A DNA stretch of 64,000 bases from the human T2T-CHM13v2.0 reference genome, Homo sapiens. Both the position numbers and the translations under genes were made by a program. Below, piece by piece: positions 28,447 through 52,952 of the stretch (within the stretch, counting starts at the first letter, position 1; each line of letters starts with the position of its first letter). The stretch lies in the NCBI RefSeq assembly GCF_009914755.1, contig NC_060939.1. One strand, given 5' to 3'. The notes below the pieces were generated by a model. The model had not been told where the DNA came from and searched no databases. It saw nothing but the letters and a program-made list of their open reading frames with translations.

Positions 28447-29179
28447 TCAGTTGGAAAGAGGGAAGTATTTAGAGTGAAAAAGTTTCGGTGGAACACACAC
28501 AAAAATAGGAAGATCAGGTATAACTGTTCCAAAAAAAAGAGTATGGCAGTATAGAAGAAAAGGTCTCCATGAAAATGCAGAAGAACAATTTCACAGCTGG
28601 TGCTGGCATTTCAGAGACCTTGAGCTGGGAATCAAAAGATGGGAATTTCAGTCTCGGATGTGCCACTCCTTAGAGGTTTAATATCTACTAAACCCGGCGG
28701 GCTCCACTTGGTGGTGGTTGCTATTTAAAAAAACAAAAACATGTGGCAATGATCTTCCACGTGATTCTGACTTGAGCCCCACGCGAGTCTGCAGACTTAC
28801 CCTTCCACTGCTTTGCCCTTCAAGTTTGTGCCCATTAGCAAAGAGAAATTTTCTCTTTGGGATCACTGCTGTGTTGATCTCAGGAATATTTGGCGTTGAA
28901 TTTAACATATTTTTCATATGTGTGTGCAATAGGGAGGCTGAGAAAGTTGTCTTTTTTTTAAGGTGTTCATTTTTGGGGTACAGGTAGCAGCCTGCTCTAC
29001 AATCCACACAGAAGCTGGAAATAGCCTCTAGAGAATTTCCACGTTTAGAGAAGATAAATTTATACATTTGTATCTAATCAACATTTTTTAGCTAACATAG
29101 TAGTCTAATTATACTATGTATAATTATACTATGTATAATTATGGGTACTGAAATGACTCCTGGCATATGCTGTATGCTG

Positions 29180-29632
29180 TGTTATATATACATATATATT
29201 TACACATATACATATATATTACACATATACATATATATTTACACATATATATTTACACATATACATATATATTTACACATATATATTTACACATATACAT
29301 ATATTTACATATTTTACATTTACATTTTACATTTATTTTACATTTTACATTTATTTTACATTTTACATTTACATTTGACATTCTACATTTATTTTACATT
29401 TACATATTTTACATTTACAAATATTTACATATTTTACATTTATATATACATATATTTACATACATATATTTACGTACATATTTTTACATACATATTTACA
29501 TGTGTATATATTTACATACATTCACATACATATTTACATATATATTTACATACATACATATTTACATAATATTTACATACACATATTACATACATATATG
29601 TACACATATACATATATTTACACATATACATA
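29180..29632 (+). repeat. AT-rich compound simple repeat (TA/CATATA/TTTACA)n
   Basis: Directly visible; flanked by a 50-bp direct repeat. Confidence 0.92.
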
Positions 29633-29697
29633 TACTATGTATAATTATGGGTACTGAAATGACACCTGGCATATGCTGTATTTAAAAATGTGAGGTT

Positions 29698-29922
29698 CAG
29701 TGAGAACACATGGACACAGGAAGGGAAACAACACATACTGGGGCCTGTCAGGGCGGGTGGGGGAGGAGCATCAGGAAAAATAGCTAATGCGTGCTGGGCT
29801 TAACACTGAGGTGATGAGTTGATAGGTGGACCAAACCACCATGGCACACGTTTCCCTACGTAACACTCCTGCACATGTACCCTAGAACTTAAAACAAAAT
29901 TTTAAAAATAATAAAAAATAAA
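29698..29922 (+). mobile_element. L1PA 3' end with target-site duplication
   Basis: gagaacacatggacacaggaaggg...ctgcacatgtaccctagaacttaaa plus A tail; flanks aaaaatgtgaggttcag / aaaaatgtgaaattcag. Confidence 0.85.
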
Positions 29923-29974
29923 AATGTGAAATTCAGCACATAAACTGTTGGTTTTATTCTTCATATTTTCTTAA

Positions 29975-30346
<372 letters not shown>

Positions 30347-31819
30347 GACGTAACAATTTTTTAAGAGGAAATTTAAGTTTTACTTTTTAATTGGGGCTCT
30401 TGGTTCTTTTTAAGAAAGACAGAGATAAATCATTTATACATTTAATTAGAAGAGACTGGGCTTGAATTTTTAAAAAGTACTAGAAATCGTAGCCACTATA
30501 TATGTTATCTTTGAAATGTTTTAGACACTAATTACCTAAACAAGGAGCAAATAAGTTAAAACTCTTGGATTTTAATAAGAACTAAAATGTACAGTTGTAT
30601 TTTCTGGTTTTTTAAATTGTTACAGTCTAAATTTATTCTTCCTAATGAAGAAATGTATGTGCCGTCAATATCAGGTTCTTTGTGGGTACTCACAGTTCCC
30701 TTTGCCTTTTACGCAGTGAATGTGGGCAACATGCGTGGAACAGAAATGATGTCGTTTTCTTTCTTTTGAATATCACTATGAATCTAATAATTCAAAGATT
30801 CCTAACTTTCTGAATGCCATTATTAATTGGATTCACAATGACTTACCAGGTACAGAGTTGTCCCGTGTGTCTTGGGGTGAACTACTGAGAGTGGTATGAG
30901 GGAAGCGATTCTCAGCTAGCGCTGAGTGGGGCCACTTCCAAAGAGGTGATGGGGTAAGAAGCACACACAATGTGGCATTTTCACTGCAAAGGGAGGTTTG
31001 TGCTGCCTCTCCTCCTGTGGCAGGTCTGCTCGCAGGGGAGGCTCCAAAGTTTGGCTTTGCTGGGTTTGGCATGTGAGAACTGATGAAATATCTGTATGTA
31101 GTATCTTTCAAGGATTTATATCGGTTGGATTTCTGTGTAAATTTGCATATCCCTTTGACTGCTTTACCCCATAGAAGCTTTGTATGCTTAACAAAATCTG
31201 TAACTTTTCTGTCACTTTCTCATTTAGCATCTGCCTTTCTGGCTTTTTACTTTATCTTTTTATTATTGTTTTTAGTTTAATGAGATTATGGTTAGAGAGA
31301 AAGATGGGTGCATGATTCCGCTTCTTTGGAATTTGTTGAGATTTTCCTTATGGCTCAGTACATATGTACTTGGGGGGGTGAATGCTGTCACTTTGGAGAG
31401 ATGTTTTTTCTGTACATTAAGTCAAGCTTGTTAATTTTCTAGAGAGATGTAAATCTTCTATGTCTATGCTGATTGTTTTTTGTCTCTTTTATCAGATACT
31501 GAGATATGTATTTAAATTGCCCTCTGAGGGTTGCAATTTTGTCATATTTTGCTTTCATGTATTTTGAGTGCTAGTTATTAGATACATTAACATTTTAGAT
31601 TACCTTCTCCCTTGGTTTATTAGAATTTTTATCATTATATTGTGGCCTTAAAAAATCTCCCATATTGCTTTTTGCCCAAAGCCTATTTTATCTGATAATA
31701 ATATAGCTTCCAACCCTTCTTTGGGTTAGGTACATATGACAGGTGTATCTTTTTTCAATCTCTCTCAGTCTTTCTGTGACTTTATGTTTTAGATGTCTTT
31801 TCATACTGTTTATTTTCTG

Positions 31820-32132
31820 TTTTTTGTGTTTTTTTGTGTGTTTTTTTTTTTTTTTGATACGGAGTCTTGCTCTGTTGCCCAGGCTGGAGTGTAATGGTGT
31901 GATCTCGGCACTGCAACCTCTGCCTCCTGGATTCAAGCGATTCTCCTGCCTCAGCCTCCTGAGTAACTGGGATTACAGATGTTCACCACCACGCCGGCTA
32001 ATTTTTGTATTAGCAGAGATGGGGTTTCACCATGTTGGTCAGGCTGCTCTCGAACTCCTGACCTTGTGATCCCTCCGCCTGCCTCATCCTCCCAAAGTGC
32101 TGGGATTACAGGCATGAGCCACCACGCGTGCC
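31820..32132 (-). mobile_element. AluS
   Basis: Antisense Alu consensus. Confidence 0.85.
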
Positions 32133-32486
32133 CTAATTCTGTTTTATAGTCATTTTCTCTTAATTATTCAGTCTATTTACATTTATTGTGATTGTTGGCA
32201 TAGTTTCTTTTATAACTTTCATCGTATTTTGTGCTATTTGTTCCATCTGTTTTTATTTCTTCATGTCTTTTTTGTTTCGTTTTTGCTAATTCCTTTTATA
32301 TTCATGGTTATTCTGCTCTTGAAATGTATGCTATGTGAATATATTTGTGAGTTGACAATACTTTATTAGCAATTAAATATACTATTTCTCTTTTTTTTAG
32401 AACTTGCTCAAATGTTACATAACCTCAATATCCTTAGTATCTAAATTAAACTGACTTTCTGAACAATCATCATTTTAAGGCAGTTA

Positions 32487-34914
<2,428 letters not shown>

Positions 34915-35200
34915 AAAGCGTTGAGCTGAATAAAGAGTTATCTTTTAGCATTTTGTGGAGCCCGGGTAGATCTGTGCAGGGGGAAGCATATTACAGAAGC
35001 GAGAAACAGAGAGTTATTTAATTGAAGCACGCATTATGTTTTTTTTTTTTACGTTTTTAGGAAAAATATGTTTTGTGACTTGCATTTGTTTGTTTAGTGA
35101 CCTTGCAGTTGCACAGTTAGGGAATTAGGGTTTTGATAATGCCTGGGAAGGGAGCGATAAGGCTCACTAGCCATAGGAAAACAGGTAGTTTTTTTAAAGG
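34915..35200 (-). mobile_element. ERV1-class LTR fragment (MER34/MER39-like)
   Basis: Minus strand ttctcgcttctgtaatatgcttccccctgcacagatct...aaaagataactcttt resembles these LTRs. Subfamily uncertain. Confidence 0.45.
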
Positions 35201-35374
35201 ACTAAGGCTCTTTCTCATTCTCAGGGGGAATTGGGTTTTTTTTACATACAGCTGAGTTTTTGCTTACACATTTTTTCATTTCTTTTAATTCCTGTTCCAA
35301 TGCCAGCATCCTTGCGGTGCGGTTTCCCAGCGGCTCTCTTGCCTTGCAGCTTGTGTCGGGAGTTGCAGACAGCC

Positions 35375-38307
35375 ATGGCCCATGGGCCTGGCGCTGACGG
35401 ACCCTGGAGCGGTGTCTGAGGGAGGTGGGCAAAGCCACTGGCTGGCCCGAGTGCATCCTCACGTAAGTGCACAGATCCCGGGCTCGGGTGCGACTGCGGT
35501 CGCACGTGGACACGGGTTGCAGACCCCTGGCAAATTGTGGAGCTGGGGGAAGGTAAGGGGAAATGTAAATCACTTTTCCCCACATTTCAGAGGACCTAGG
35601 CTATCAAAATTTTAAAAATTGTTAAAACTTTTACAGTATGGATCTCTCAGATGAATGTTATTGAAATCAACCTAACCTCAGTTATTCACGCCTATAAGCT
35701 CCCCTTGAGGCTTATTACGGCCCCCATCCCCCTACACACAACTGTGTTGGTTTCTCCTTCCGCCTGTGCTCCTAAAGCACTCAGTGTTTACCTGCCATCA
35801 TACTTTATTGAAAGCACAAACTTGTCACTTGTCTGTCTACCCCACTAAGCTTCTTGAGAATTAGAACTTTCATGTCTCTTCCCAACACAAACGTTTTATG
35901 TGTATTTTGTTGAAGAACTTCAAATATGACCTATAAAATTATGACTCATTTATGTTTCAAACTCCAACCTCTCCCTTGAGTTCCTTGCTCACAAGCAACT
36001 CCAGACTGAGCTTAGTTGGAATTCAGTAGCGCACAACTGGGATATCCGCACCGTACGGCTTTTAACAATTTTTTAAATTTTGATCCTCTCAGCATCACAA
36101 ATTCACTGTGTCCAAAATACAGTAGAATGTTGTTTCTACCCACCTACACTCTGCCATCCGCTGAAGTCCTTTCCCCTTGCTCCACCACTCAAGCCTTGCC
36201 TATCGCAGTAAATGGCAGTTCTGTCTCTCCAGTTGCTCGCACATAAAACTAGGCTGCTATTTTGATGTCTTCACTTTTCTCTATTCTGTATCTAATTCCT
36301 TAGCAATCCTGTCAGTTCTACCTCCAAACTGTACTCAGCATATTCACTGCTCTAACTCCAGCTTAAATCACCATCATCCTTTGCCTGGAATGCTGCATCA
36401 ACCTTCTAATCACTCTACTTTCCTCCTCCTCCTTCCTCCCTTTCTTCTTCCTTCGTATAAATCATCATTTCATCCTTCTGCTTAAAATCTTCTCACATTT
36501 TCTTATTACACTTAAAACGGCAAACTCTTACCCTTGAGCCCTGCAGAATTTGGCTCCCATCAGTCTCTCCAACTTCACCTTCTGCCTCCTTCACGCTATA
36601 GCCATGCTCACTTTTTTATTCCTCAGGCTTACCAAGCTCAATTGCATCTTAGAGAATTTGTTCTTGCTGTTTCTTCCGCCTGGAATACATGTTTCCCAAT
36701 CTTTATAAGACTATACTTGTCTGTAAGTTTCATCTCAGATGTCACATCTAGGAGAGGTTTTCCTTGACCACTGTAGCCAAAGCAAATGTTGATCATTGAG
36801 TGAATAAGGGAATGAATGAATGGAGTGGTATATAATGTAGCAGAGTAGAAAATTTAAGGCTAATTCTCTATATATCTCCAAGCAAATAGATTTGTAATGC
36901 TTTTCCTGCCAACAATCTATACAGATGATTCACAAATACTTGGTTGACAGGTTTTATATATCATTGTGGCTCATCAGCTTATATATTATTGGGGCCAGAA
37001 TCTATACTTACACTTTATTCAAATTTGATTTTACAGAAGAGTTGAGGTTTTTATTTTTCTTTTAATTAAGAGGGCTGTGAAATTATTATCTATAATTCTA
37101 AATCTCATTTAATTCCTCCCAATAGGTTTCAAGATGGATTGGAACCAAAGTTCACTTCTTTAACAAAAGTGCTTTATGACTTTAATAAAACAGTAGAGAA
37201 TGGTAGAATCCATGGCAGCTCTTTACAAAAACTTGTGATAGAAAGTTTTGATGATGAGCAGACTTTGCAACAACTGGAATTGCAAAATGAAGCAATTTTA
37301 CAGTGCTTCCAGAATGCGGTTAGTGAAAGAAAGATGAAGATATCAGTCTTCTCCCAGAGAGTGAAGAACAGGAGCATGAAGAGGCTGGTTCAGAAACAGA
37401 GGCTGATGGCCAGGAGGACCTAGAAGATTTAGAGAAGGAGGAGGATGTGTCAGATATGGGTGGTGACAATCCTGAAATGGGTGAGAGAGCTAAAAACTCA
37501 AGCAAATTCAGGGCCAGGCGCGGTGGCTCACGCCTGTAATCCCAGCACTTTGGGAGGCCGAGGCAGGCGGATCACGAGGTCAGGAGATCGAGACCATCCT
37601 GGCTAACAAGGTGAAACCCCATCTCTACTAAACATACAAAAAATTAGCCAGGCGTGGTGGCAGGTGCCTGTAGTCCCAGCTACTCGGGAGACTGAGGCAG
37701 GAGAATGCCATGAACCCGGGAGGTGGAGCTTGCAGTGAGCCTAGATCACGCCACTGCAGTCCAGCTGGGCGGCAGAGTGAGAGACTGCATCTCAAAAACA
37801 AAAACAACAATTACTTAACTTTAGGATGCTCCAATAATCAAAATTGATAGTGGCTTGTGAACAGATAGATTACTTGAATAGAATAGAGCCCAGAAATAAA
37901 CCCAAATGCTTCTGGGGGAGTTTGGTACATTATAAACATGACATTTTAAATCAATGAGGAAAAGAAATCATTTGCAGCTCACCCCACCATACACAGCAGG
38001 AATAGGAAGTCATTGGCAGAATAAAAAGATGGTAAGAACAGAACAGAATTGTAGAACAGTACATTTCTTGCTTCCCCACTTTTCAAAGTATTTTTTGCTT
38101 TTTCACAAATGTAAGTGTAATTTTATTTTCTAAATGTATACTAATTCTTTTCTTCTCTTTCTTAGATGAATGACAAAAATTACATCTTTAGAAAAAGAGT
38201 TGTTAGAAAAAAGCCTTGGCTGCATGTGGGGGAAGTGACAGCACAGAAGAGACCAGAGAAGAGCCTCCTGGAGGAGAGCCTGCACTTTGACCATGCTGTC
38301 CGGATGG
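35375..38307 (+). pseudogene. MPHOSPH10P: Unprocessed partial MPHOSPH10 (MPP10, U3 snoRNP) pseudogene
   Basis: Exon 1 35375-35462 reads ..WR*RTLERCLREVGKATGWPECILT|gtaagt, with a frameshift and a stop. Exon 2 part 37126-37510 reads KFTSLTKVLYDFNK..FDDEQTLQQLELQNE, is frameshifted and is cut by an Alu. A later exon 38166-38307 reads ..KKPW..GEVTAQKRPEKSLLEESLHFDHAVRM. Recognised from the MPP10 protein sequence. Confidence 0.9.
37512..37810 (+). mobile_element. AluY truncating MPHOSPH10P exon 2
   Basis: AluY consensus begins immediately after coding-like sequence. Confidence 0.9.
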
Positions 38308-38954
38308 GTGCAGTGCTCTTTTCTGCAAAGTGTTCACTTCTCTGCTTTTTCTGTGGTCCCATTTCATAGAAAGATTTGGGGTGATGTTTCTTTCCCTCAA
38401 CTTTTATTTTGAAAACTTGCAAACACAGAAAAGTTGATAAAATCATACAGTGAACATCTGTATGCTATTCAACTGGATTCACTAGTTAATGTTTTGTCAC
38501 ACTTGTTTTCTGTCTTCTGCGTATGGAAGATTGTATATGTGCCCTTTTTCCCTCTGAATCATTTCAAAGTAAGTTGGCAGTATCAGAGCATTTCACTGTT
38601 AAGTACTTTCGCAGATATCTTCTAGGAACCAGGACTTCTCCTATATAATCACAATACCATTAATCCACCCCCAAAATTTAACATCAATACACTAATGATA
38701 CCTACTGTATAGATTATAATCAGCTTCCTTGCAGCAATCTGTTTAGAAGGCTTGCATCCTGTCACTGTCCACTGATTAAATTTTGAACTCTAACTTGAAA
38801 CCCTGGTCATCTCATTGCCTTCTTTCTTATACCCATTAAGTCAAAAGGAGCTCTCATTTTATTTCAACAGAAAAGAGAATGGAAAAGAGGGGAAGAGTCC
38901 CTAGTACCTTGGATAAAGTATGAGCACTTACTACCATATGTATTCTAGTTCTGT

Positions 38955-39110
38955 AGTTTTCAAACTTCAGGGAGCATCTCAAGGCTTATTAAAGCACAGA
39001 TAGCTGTCCTTCCCCACTTTCTGATTCAGGAGGTGTGGGGCTGGCCCAGGAATTTGCATGTCTAACAAGTTCCCACGTGTTTCTGATGCTGAGGGTCTAA
39101 GGACTACAAT
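38955..39110. mobile_element. MER5-type DNA transposon remnant
   Basis: tttctgattcag...ggcccaggaatttgcatgtctaacaagttccca; similar copies at 41675-41835 and 57650-57810. Confidence 0.6.
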
Positions 39111-39277
39111 GCATGAATCCGTGGTTTAGTGGATATCCACCTAATGAATACATGTTGTATTTCCTTTGGCACCCGTGATTACAGAGGAAACACCTTTCAA
39201 CTGGAAGGTATCATTAAACAGAGGATAAGAGATCAGATCAGTAAGAATTAAATTTCACTTAATTGAAATGTCACTCA

Positions 39278-39889
<612 letters not shown>

Positions 39890-40675
39890 TCAAAACATTC
39901 CAGTTTGTTGCTTTTCACACTTTTTATGCTGTAAACATTTTAAAAAGTAGAATCACAATACATGGTCTTTTGTCACTTACTATATTTTAAGCATGTTTCT
40001 ATGGGAGAAATATATCCTGGCATCATCACTTTCAACAGCTGGATGTATGTTAAGTGAATCATTGCCACCCCAGAGGTGGATTTCCTTCTATATATATTTT
40101 AATGGACTCGAGTGAGGATTTTTGCACTGAATTCATAGAAGTAGAATTTCTAGAAGAAAATAATATAAAACAGTTTTAGGATTTTTAAAACAAATGTTCA
40201 AATCATCCTATAGGAAAATTGGTTGAGTTTACGCTCCCACCAACAGGGACAGAGCTCCAGGTTCCGCCTTCCATTTGTCGTCTTCGCTGGTCTTTAAGCA
40301 GAAAATCTCATTGTTTTCATTACCTTTCTTTGATTTCTAGTGCTTTTGAATCTTTTTCATTTGCTCATTGGCCATTTTTATTCTTGTGGGAAGTGCTGGT
40401 TTCTCCATTGCCCATTTTCTGCTGCAAATCATTCATTTTTTTTTCTGAGTAATTTTAAAGATTTCTTTATAGGCTAAGGATACAAACCTTTAATCTGTCA
40501 TTGAGGTTACAAAGATCTTCTCCCAGTAAGTAATTTGTCACTTCACTTTATTTATTTATTTTTTGCTAGCAAAGCACCAAAGTCAAATTTCACTTAATTT
40601 TTATCCTGCTGAATGAACACATTTTAAGTTAGTGATTTTAGTGGAAACAGGAGCAGGACAGAATGTAATAATTAG

Positions 40676-40943
40676 ATCTCGCTCTGTCACCCCAACTGGA
40701 GTGCAGTGGCATGATCATAGCTACTGCAGCCTCAAACTTCTGGGCTCAAGTGATTTTCCCACCTCAGCCTCCCAAGTAGCTCTAGGACTACAGGTGTGTG
40801 CCGCCAAGCCCAGCTAATTTTTAAATTTTCTTTGTAGAGATATGAATTCGCTATGCTGCCCAGGCTGGTCTTTAACTCCTGACTTACCCCACCTTAGCTT
40901 GCCAATATGCTGGGAGTACGGGCGTGAACTACTGCTCCCGGCC
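40676..40943 (-). mobile_element. AluJ
   Basis: Degenerate antisense Alu. Confidence 0.75.
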
Positions 40944-42220
40944 AAGAGCTTACTTTGGTTTGCTAGCAAGGTTCTTGGTATCTTTTTATATTTGAGGCTT
41001 TCGTGCTAGTGCTGAAGTATTACACTCACCATCTGAGGTTTACAGGACTTTTGTTTTAATATTGAACCGAGGGAACTGTTTAGTTTTGCATCTTTGCAGG
41101 TATACAAAATGTGCCTACCAGGACTCTGCTTTATATCCATTGAAAAGCAAGAAGTAATACAGTAAAAGTTTGCCTGGCTACAGGCTTTGGAAGAATGGAG
41201 TATTCTGGTTTAATTCTATTAACTTGGAAGGATGAAGGTGGAAAAAATTCAAAACTTTAATTTCCTGTTGAATGCAATTTGAAAATATAGCCAATGAGTC
41301 CACTTTTCTTCTCTAGTAAGTTTGGACATTCAGATCTACTTGGTCTTTTATCATAGAACTCCTAGTGCGCCTGAGTCTTACGTTGTGAAAATCCTTTTCT
41401 AAAACTTTAGATGTAAGAGGATAGAAATGATATTGGATGAGATCAGGCTGGATGAGAACTGATACCTGTAGATATATTTTTTAGATGAAATCTCTGATTG
41501 CCACACGTTTTCTTATTGAACTCATAAAAATAAAACACACTGGCTGGAGGGTGGAAGTAGGAAGGAGATTTATGTCTTTTAATTGCATGTCATTGTTTCA
41601 TATTGAGACAGAACATATAGTATCCCTGGCTTTGGACCTACAGAAGGAAACACATTTTTCTACCTGCTGTATGGCAGAGGTTCCTGAGCACCTGGAGGGA
41701 TTATTGCAGCACGGATTGCTGGGCCCTACTGCAGAGTTTCTGATTCATTCATGTCTAGGGTGGGGCCTGAGAATTTACATTTATAAGAAGTTCCCAGGTG
41801 CTCCTGGTCCGGAGACTACATGTTTGAGAGCCACCCTTACATACTAACTGTAAATTGTAGAACTCTAGAAAAAAGCGTAGTTTGGACTGGGAGAAGAAGC
41901 ACACAGGTAATGGAGCAAATCATGAAAAAGTCAACCCTTGATCCCAGGTAACAAGCAATACACAGTGACATAACACAATTCTTGGTTTTCATGATTGCAA
42001 GTCATAGCCAAGTATCGAGTGAGAAATTCAGTTTCATTTTCAGGGCTTAGAGGCCAGGTGATTCTAGAAAAATCGGATTTAGTGATTAACTCATGAGAGT
42101 AGGAGTTATTTATGTCCTTTTTCTCTCCCCCATCACTTAGCATTTAGCCTTACTTTAGAAGGGTCCTGTATTTGCTTTAACCTTGTAAAGAACTTTGAGT
42201 GCTTATTAAATGGAAAGCCT

Positions 42221-42594
<374 letters not shown>

Positions 42595-42829
42595 TAAAGA
42601 TATTAGACATGTTTCTTGTTTGTTTGTTTTTTTTAAAAAAACTAAACGCTAATGTAGGAGAATAAGAGAAAGTTTTTCCAAAAAAGAGAAAACATTGTGA
42701 TTATCTTATTGGAATGTTGGATAATAAAGTCTGCTTTATCAATCATCAAGCACACTATAAAATTTCCATTTTAATAGGACTTGTACCTCAATTGAGGTAA
42801 TAAAGTTTTAAAGTTTTTAAAGTGAAAGC

Positions 42830-43060
42830 CAGCCCCGCCCCTCTCCTGGAGTGGGCGGGGACAGCGGTTGCATAGGCAGCTTTCCTTGTGACAACACAGG
42901 TCCTTGATGACACGCTGCTGTCTGGCCACACCTCCTTTTCCTTTCATCTTTCTCATTGACCAATGGGCTTCAAGCATGAAGGCCACACCCCTATTCTGCA
43001 TTCTAGTGCAGCCCTGGTTACGCCTCCTCTGGCTCAGTCACACAGCGACGTAGAGGTGAC
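42830..43060 (+). promoter_or_regulatory. Putative GOLGA6L proximal promoter
   Basis: GC boxes ccccgccc ~42833 and gggcgggg ~42853, CCAAT 42960-42964. Inverted homolog of the GOLGA8 promoter. Confidence 0.6.
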
Positions 43061-43090
43061 TGGAGGTATATACTTGTCCTCACCTGGATC

Positions 43091-50940
<7,850 letters not shown>

Positions 50941-51323
50941 GTGAGGCTGCAGGAGCTGGAGGAGAGGCTGGGGAAGCTGGGGCAGAAGGCCGAGCTCTTG
51001 GGGGGAGCAGGCGGAGGTGTGTGCAAACCCTGGAGATCATACAGAACGACCTCACCACAACTTAGCAGATGGTGGTTGGCTCCCTCTGCTTTTCCACCAG
51101 TCTGTGGCCTACAGTTTAAATGGTGGGAAGAAGGGTGTGAGATTTGAGGCTGGGGAGGGAGGCATGGGCCTCTAGGCAAGGGAGGCAGTCATTTAGGCCT
51201 GGAGGAAGGGGCCAGGGCCAGGGGCCTGGGTAGGCGACAGAGCCCCGCAGTGCCCTCACTACCCTGTTTATGGGCCCAGAATCTGGAAGCCAGCCACTAC
51301 CTACCCTGACGCCTATCCTGCAG

Positions 51324-51512
51324 GTGGAGCTGAAGAGCCAAGAGGCTGAGTCTGCAGCAGCAGCGAGACCATTACCTGGGTCACCTGCAGCAGTACGTGG
51401 CCGCCTATCAGCAGCTGGCCTCTGAGAAGGAGGCACTGCCCAGCTGCAGCAGCAGGAAGCTCAGGGCGAAGCGGTGGCCGAGATGGCCCACCAATAGTTG
51501 CAGGAGACCCGG
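51324..51512 (+). pseudogene. Dead golgin exon (VELKSQEA...) within GOLGA6L
   Basis: Acceptor cctgcag|gtggagctgaagagc; 2-nt deletion, internal deletion and TAG; donor reads TT. Confidence 0.8.
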
Positions 51513-51596
51513 TTGAGGGAGTTGATGAGGGCGGGGCCCCAAGGGGGATGATCTGGCAACCTCCGTGCCTTCTCACTCTCTTTCCTGGCCCCTTAG

Positions 51597-51670
51597 GAGC
51601 ACCTGGAAGCTGCCATCTAATGAGCACATGACAAGAAGGCAAAGACAATAAACATGTAAAAGCCGGCAGC
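51597..51670 (+). other. GOLGA6L: GOLGA6L terminal exon (EHLEAAI* frame, non-coding in this copy) with polyA signal
   Basis: Acceptor ccttag|gagcacctggaagctgccatctaa, homologous to GOLGA8 exon 13692-13617; AATAAA at 51647-51652. Confidence 0.75.
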
Positions 51671-51750
51671 AAGGCCTGGAGAAGAGTAAGCCGCCATGTG
51701 ACTGTTTAGAATATAGTCTGAGCACAAACCTGAAAAAAAAATTTTATTTA

Positions 51751-52088
<338 letters not shown>

Positions 52089-52663
52089 TTAGTCTTGTGT
52101 TGTCTTTTGACATTCATAGTAAACTTTTATCTGCCTCCAGAGAGTATTGACTTTGAGTTTATGGCACACAATTGGAGTAAGGGCAGATCGCCTTCATCTA
52201 CTTTGGGACTAAGCTGGTTCAAAGCAGGTTTTAGGTTTTCTGATGGCTGGTCTATGTTTTATTCATCTGGACTCCCAGGGGTGGCCCTTCCAGGGTCCCC
52301 ACCAAGGTCCCATCTCCTTCCTGGGACCCAAATTCTCATTAGGTCATTTCAGCCCTGTGAGAGTGCCAAACATTCAGCTAGGCTCTCCAGCCTCTTAACT
52401 ACCACTTCATACTCAGTTTCTTAGCCTCTTAGCCCTCTACTGTTGACCAATCACCAAATGTGGGAAAGCACTACAGACTGTCAGGATCACCTCCTAGGCC
52501 TGGTCACTCAAGTCCTGACTGAGGTCTCCAATTACCTTCCAACAATTGTTTTTGATTGGGGGCGGGGCACATTTTTATCCAGTTTTTCTAACTGCTCTTG
52601 TGGGGAGGCGAATCTGTAACAAGCTCCTCTGCCTTTATTGAAAGTTGAAAACCTTCATCTGTC

Positions 52664-52952
52664 CTTTTTTTGTTGTTGTTGAGATGGAGTCTTGCGCTGT
52701 TGCCCAGGCTCTAGTGCAATGGCACGATCTCTGCTCACTGTAACCTCTGCCTCCTGGGTTCAAGCAATTCTCCTGCCTCAGCTTCCCGAGTAGCGTGTGC
52801 CACCATGCCTGGCTAATTTTTTTTTATACCTTTAATAGAGGCAGGATTTCACCATGTTTTCCAGGCTGGTCTCGAGCTCCTGACTCAGGTGATCTACCTG
52901 CCTCAGCCTCCCAAAGTGCTGGGATTACAAGTATGAGCCACTGCATCCGGCC
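52664..52952 (-). mobile_element. AluS
   Basis: Antisense Alu consensus. Confidence 0.85.

Noticed and set aside
29141-29685. Tyr/Ile/His/Thr-rich ORFs
   Set aside because: Translation of the AT-rich simple repeat.
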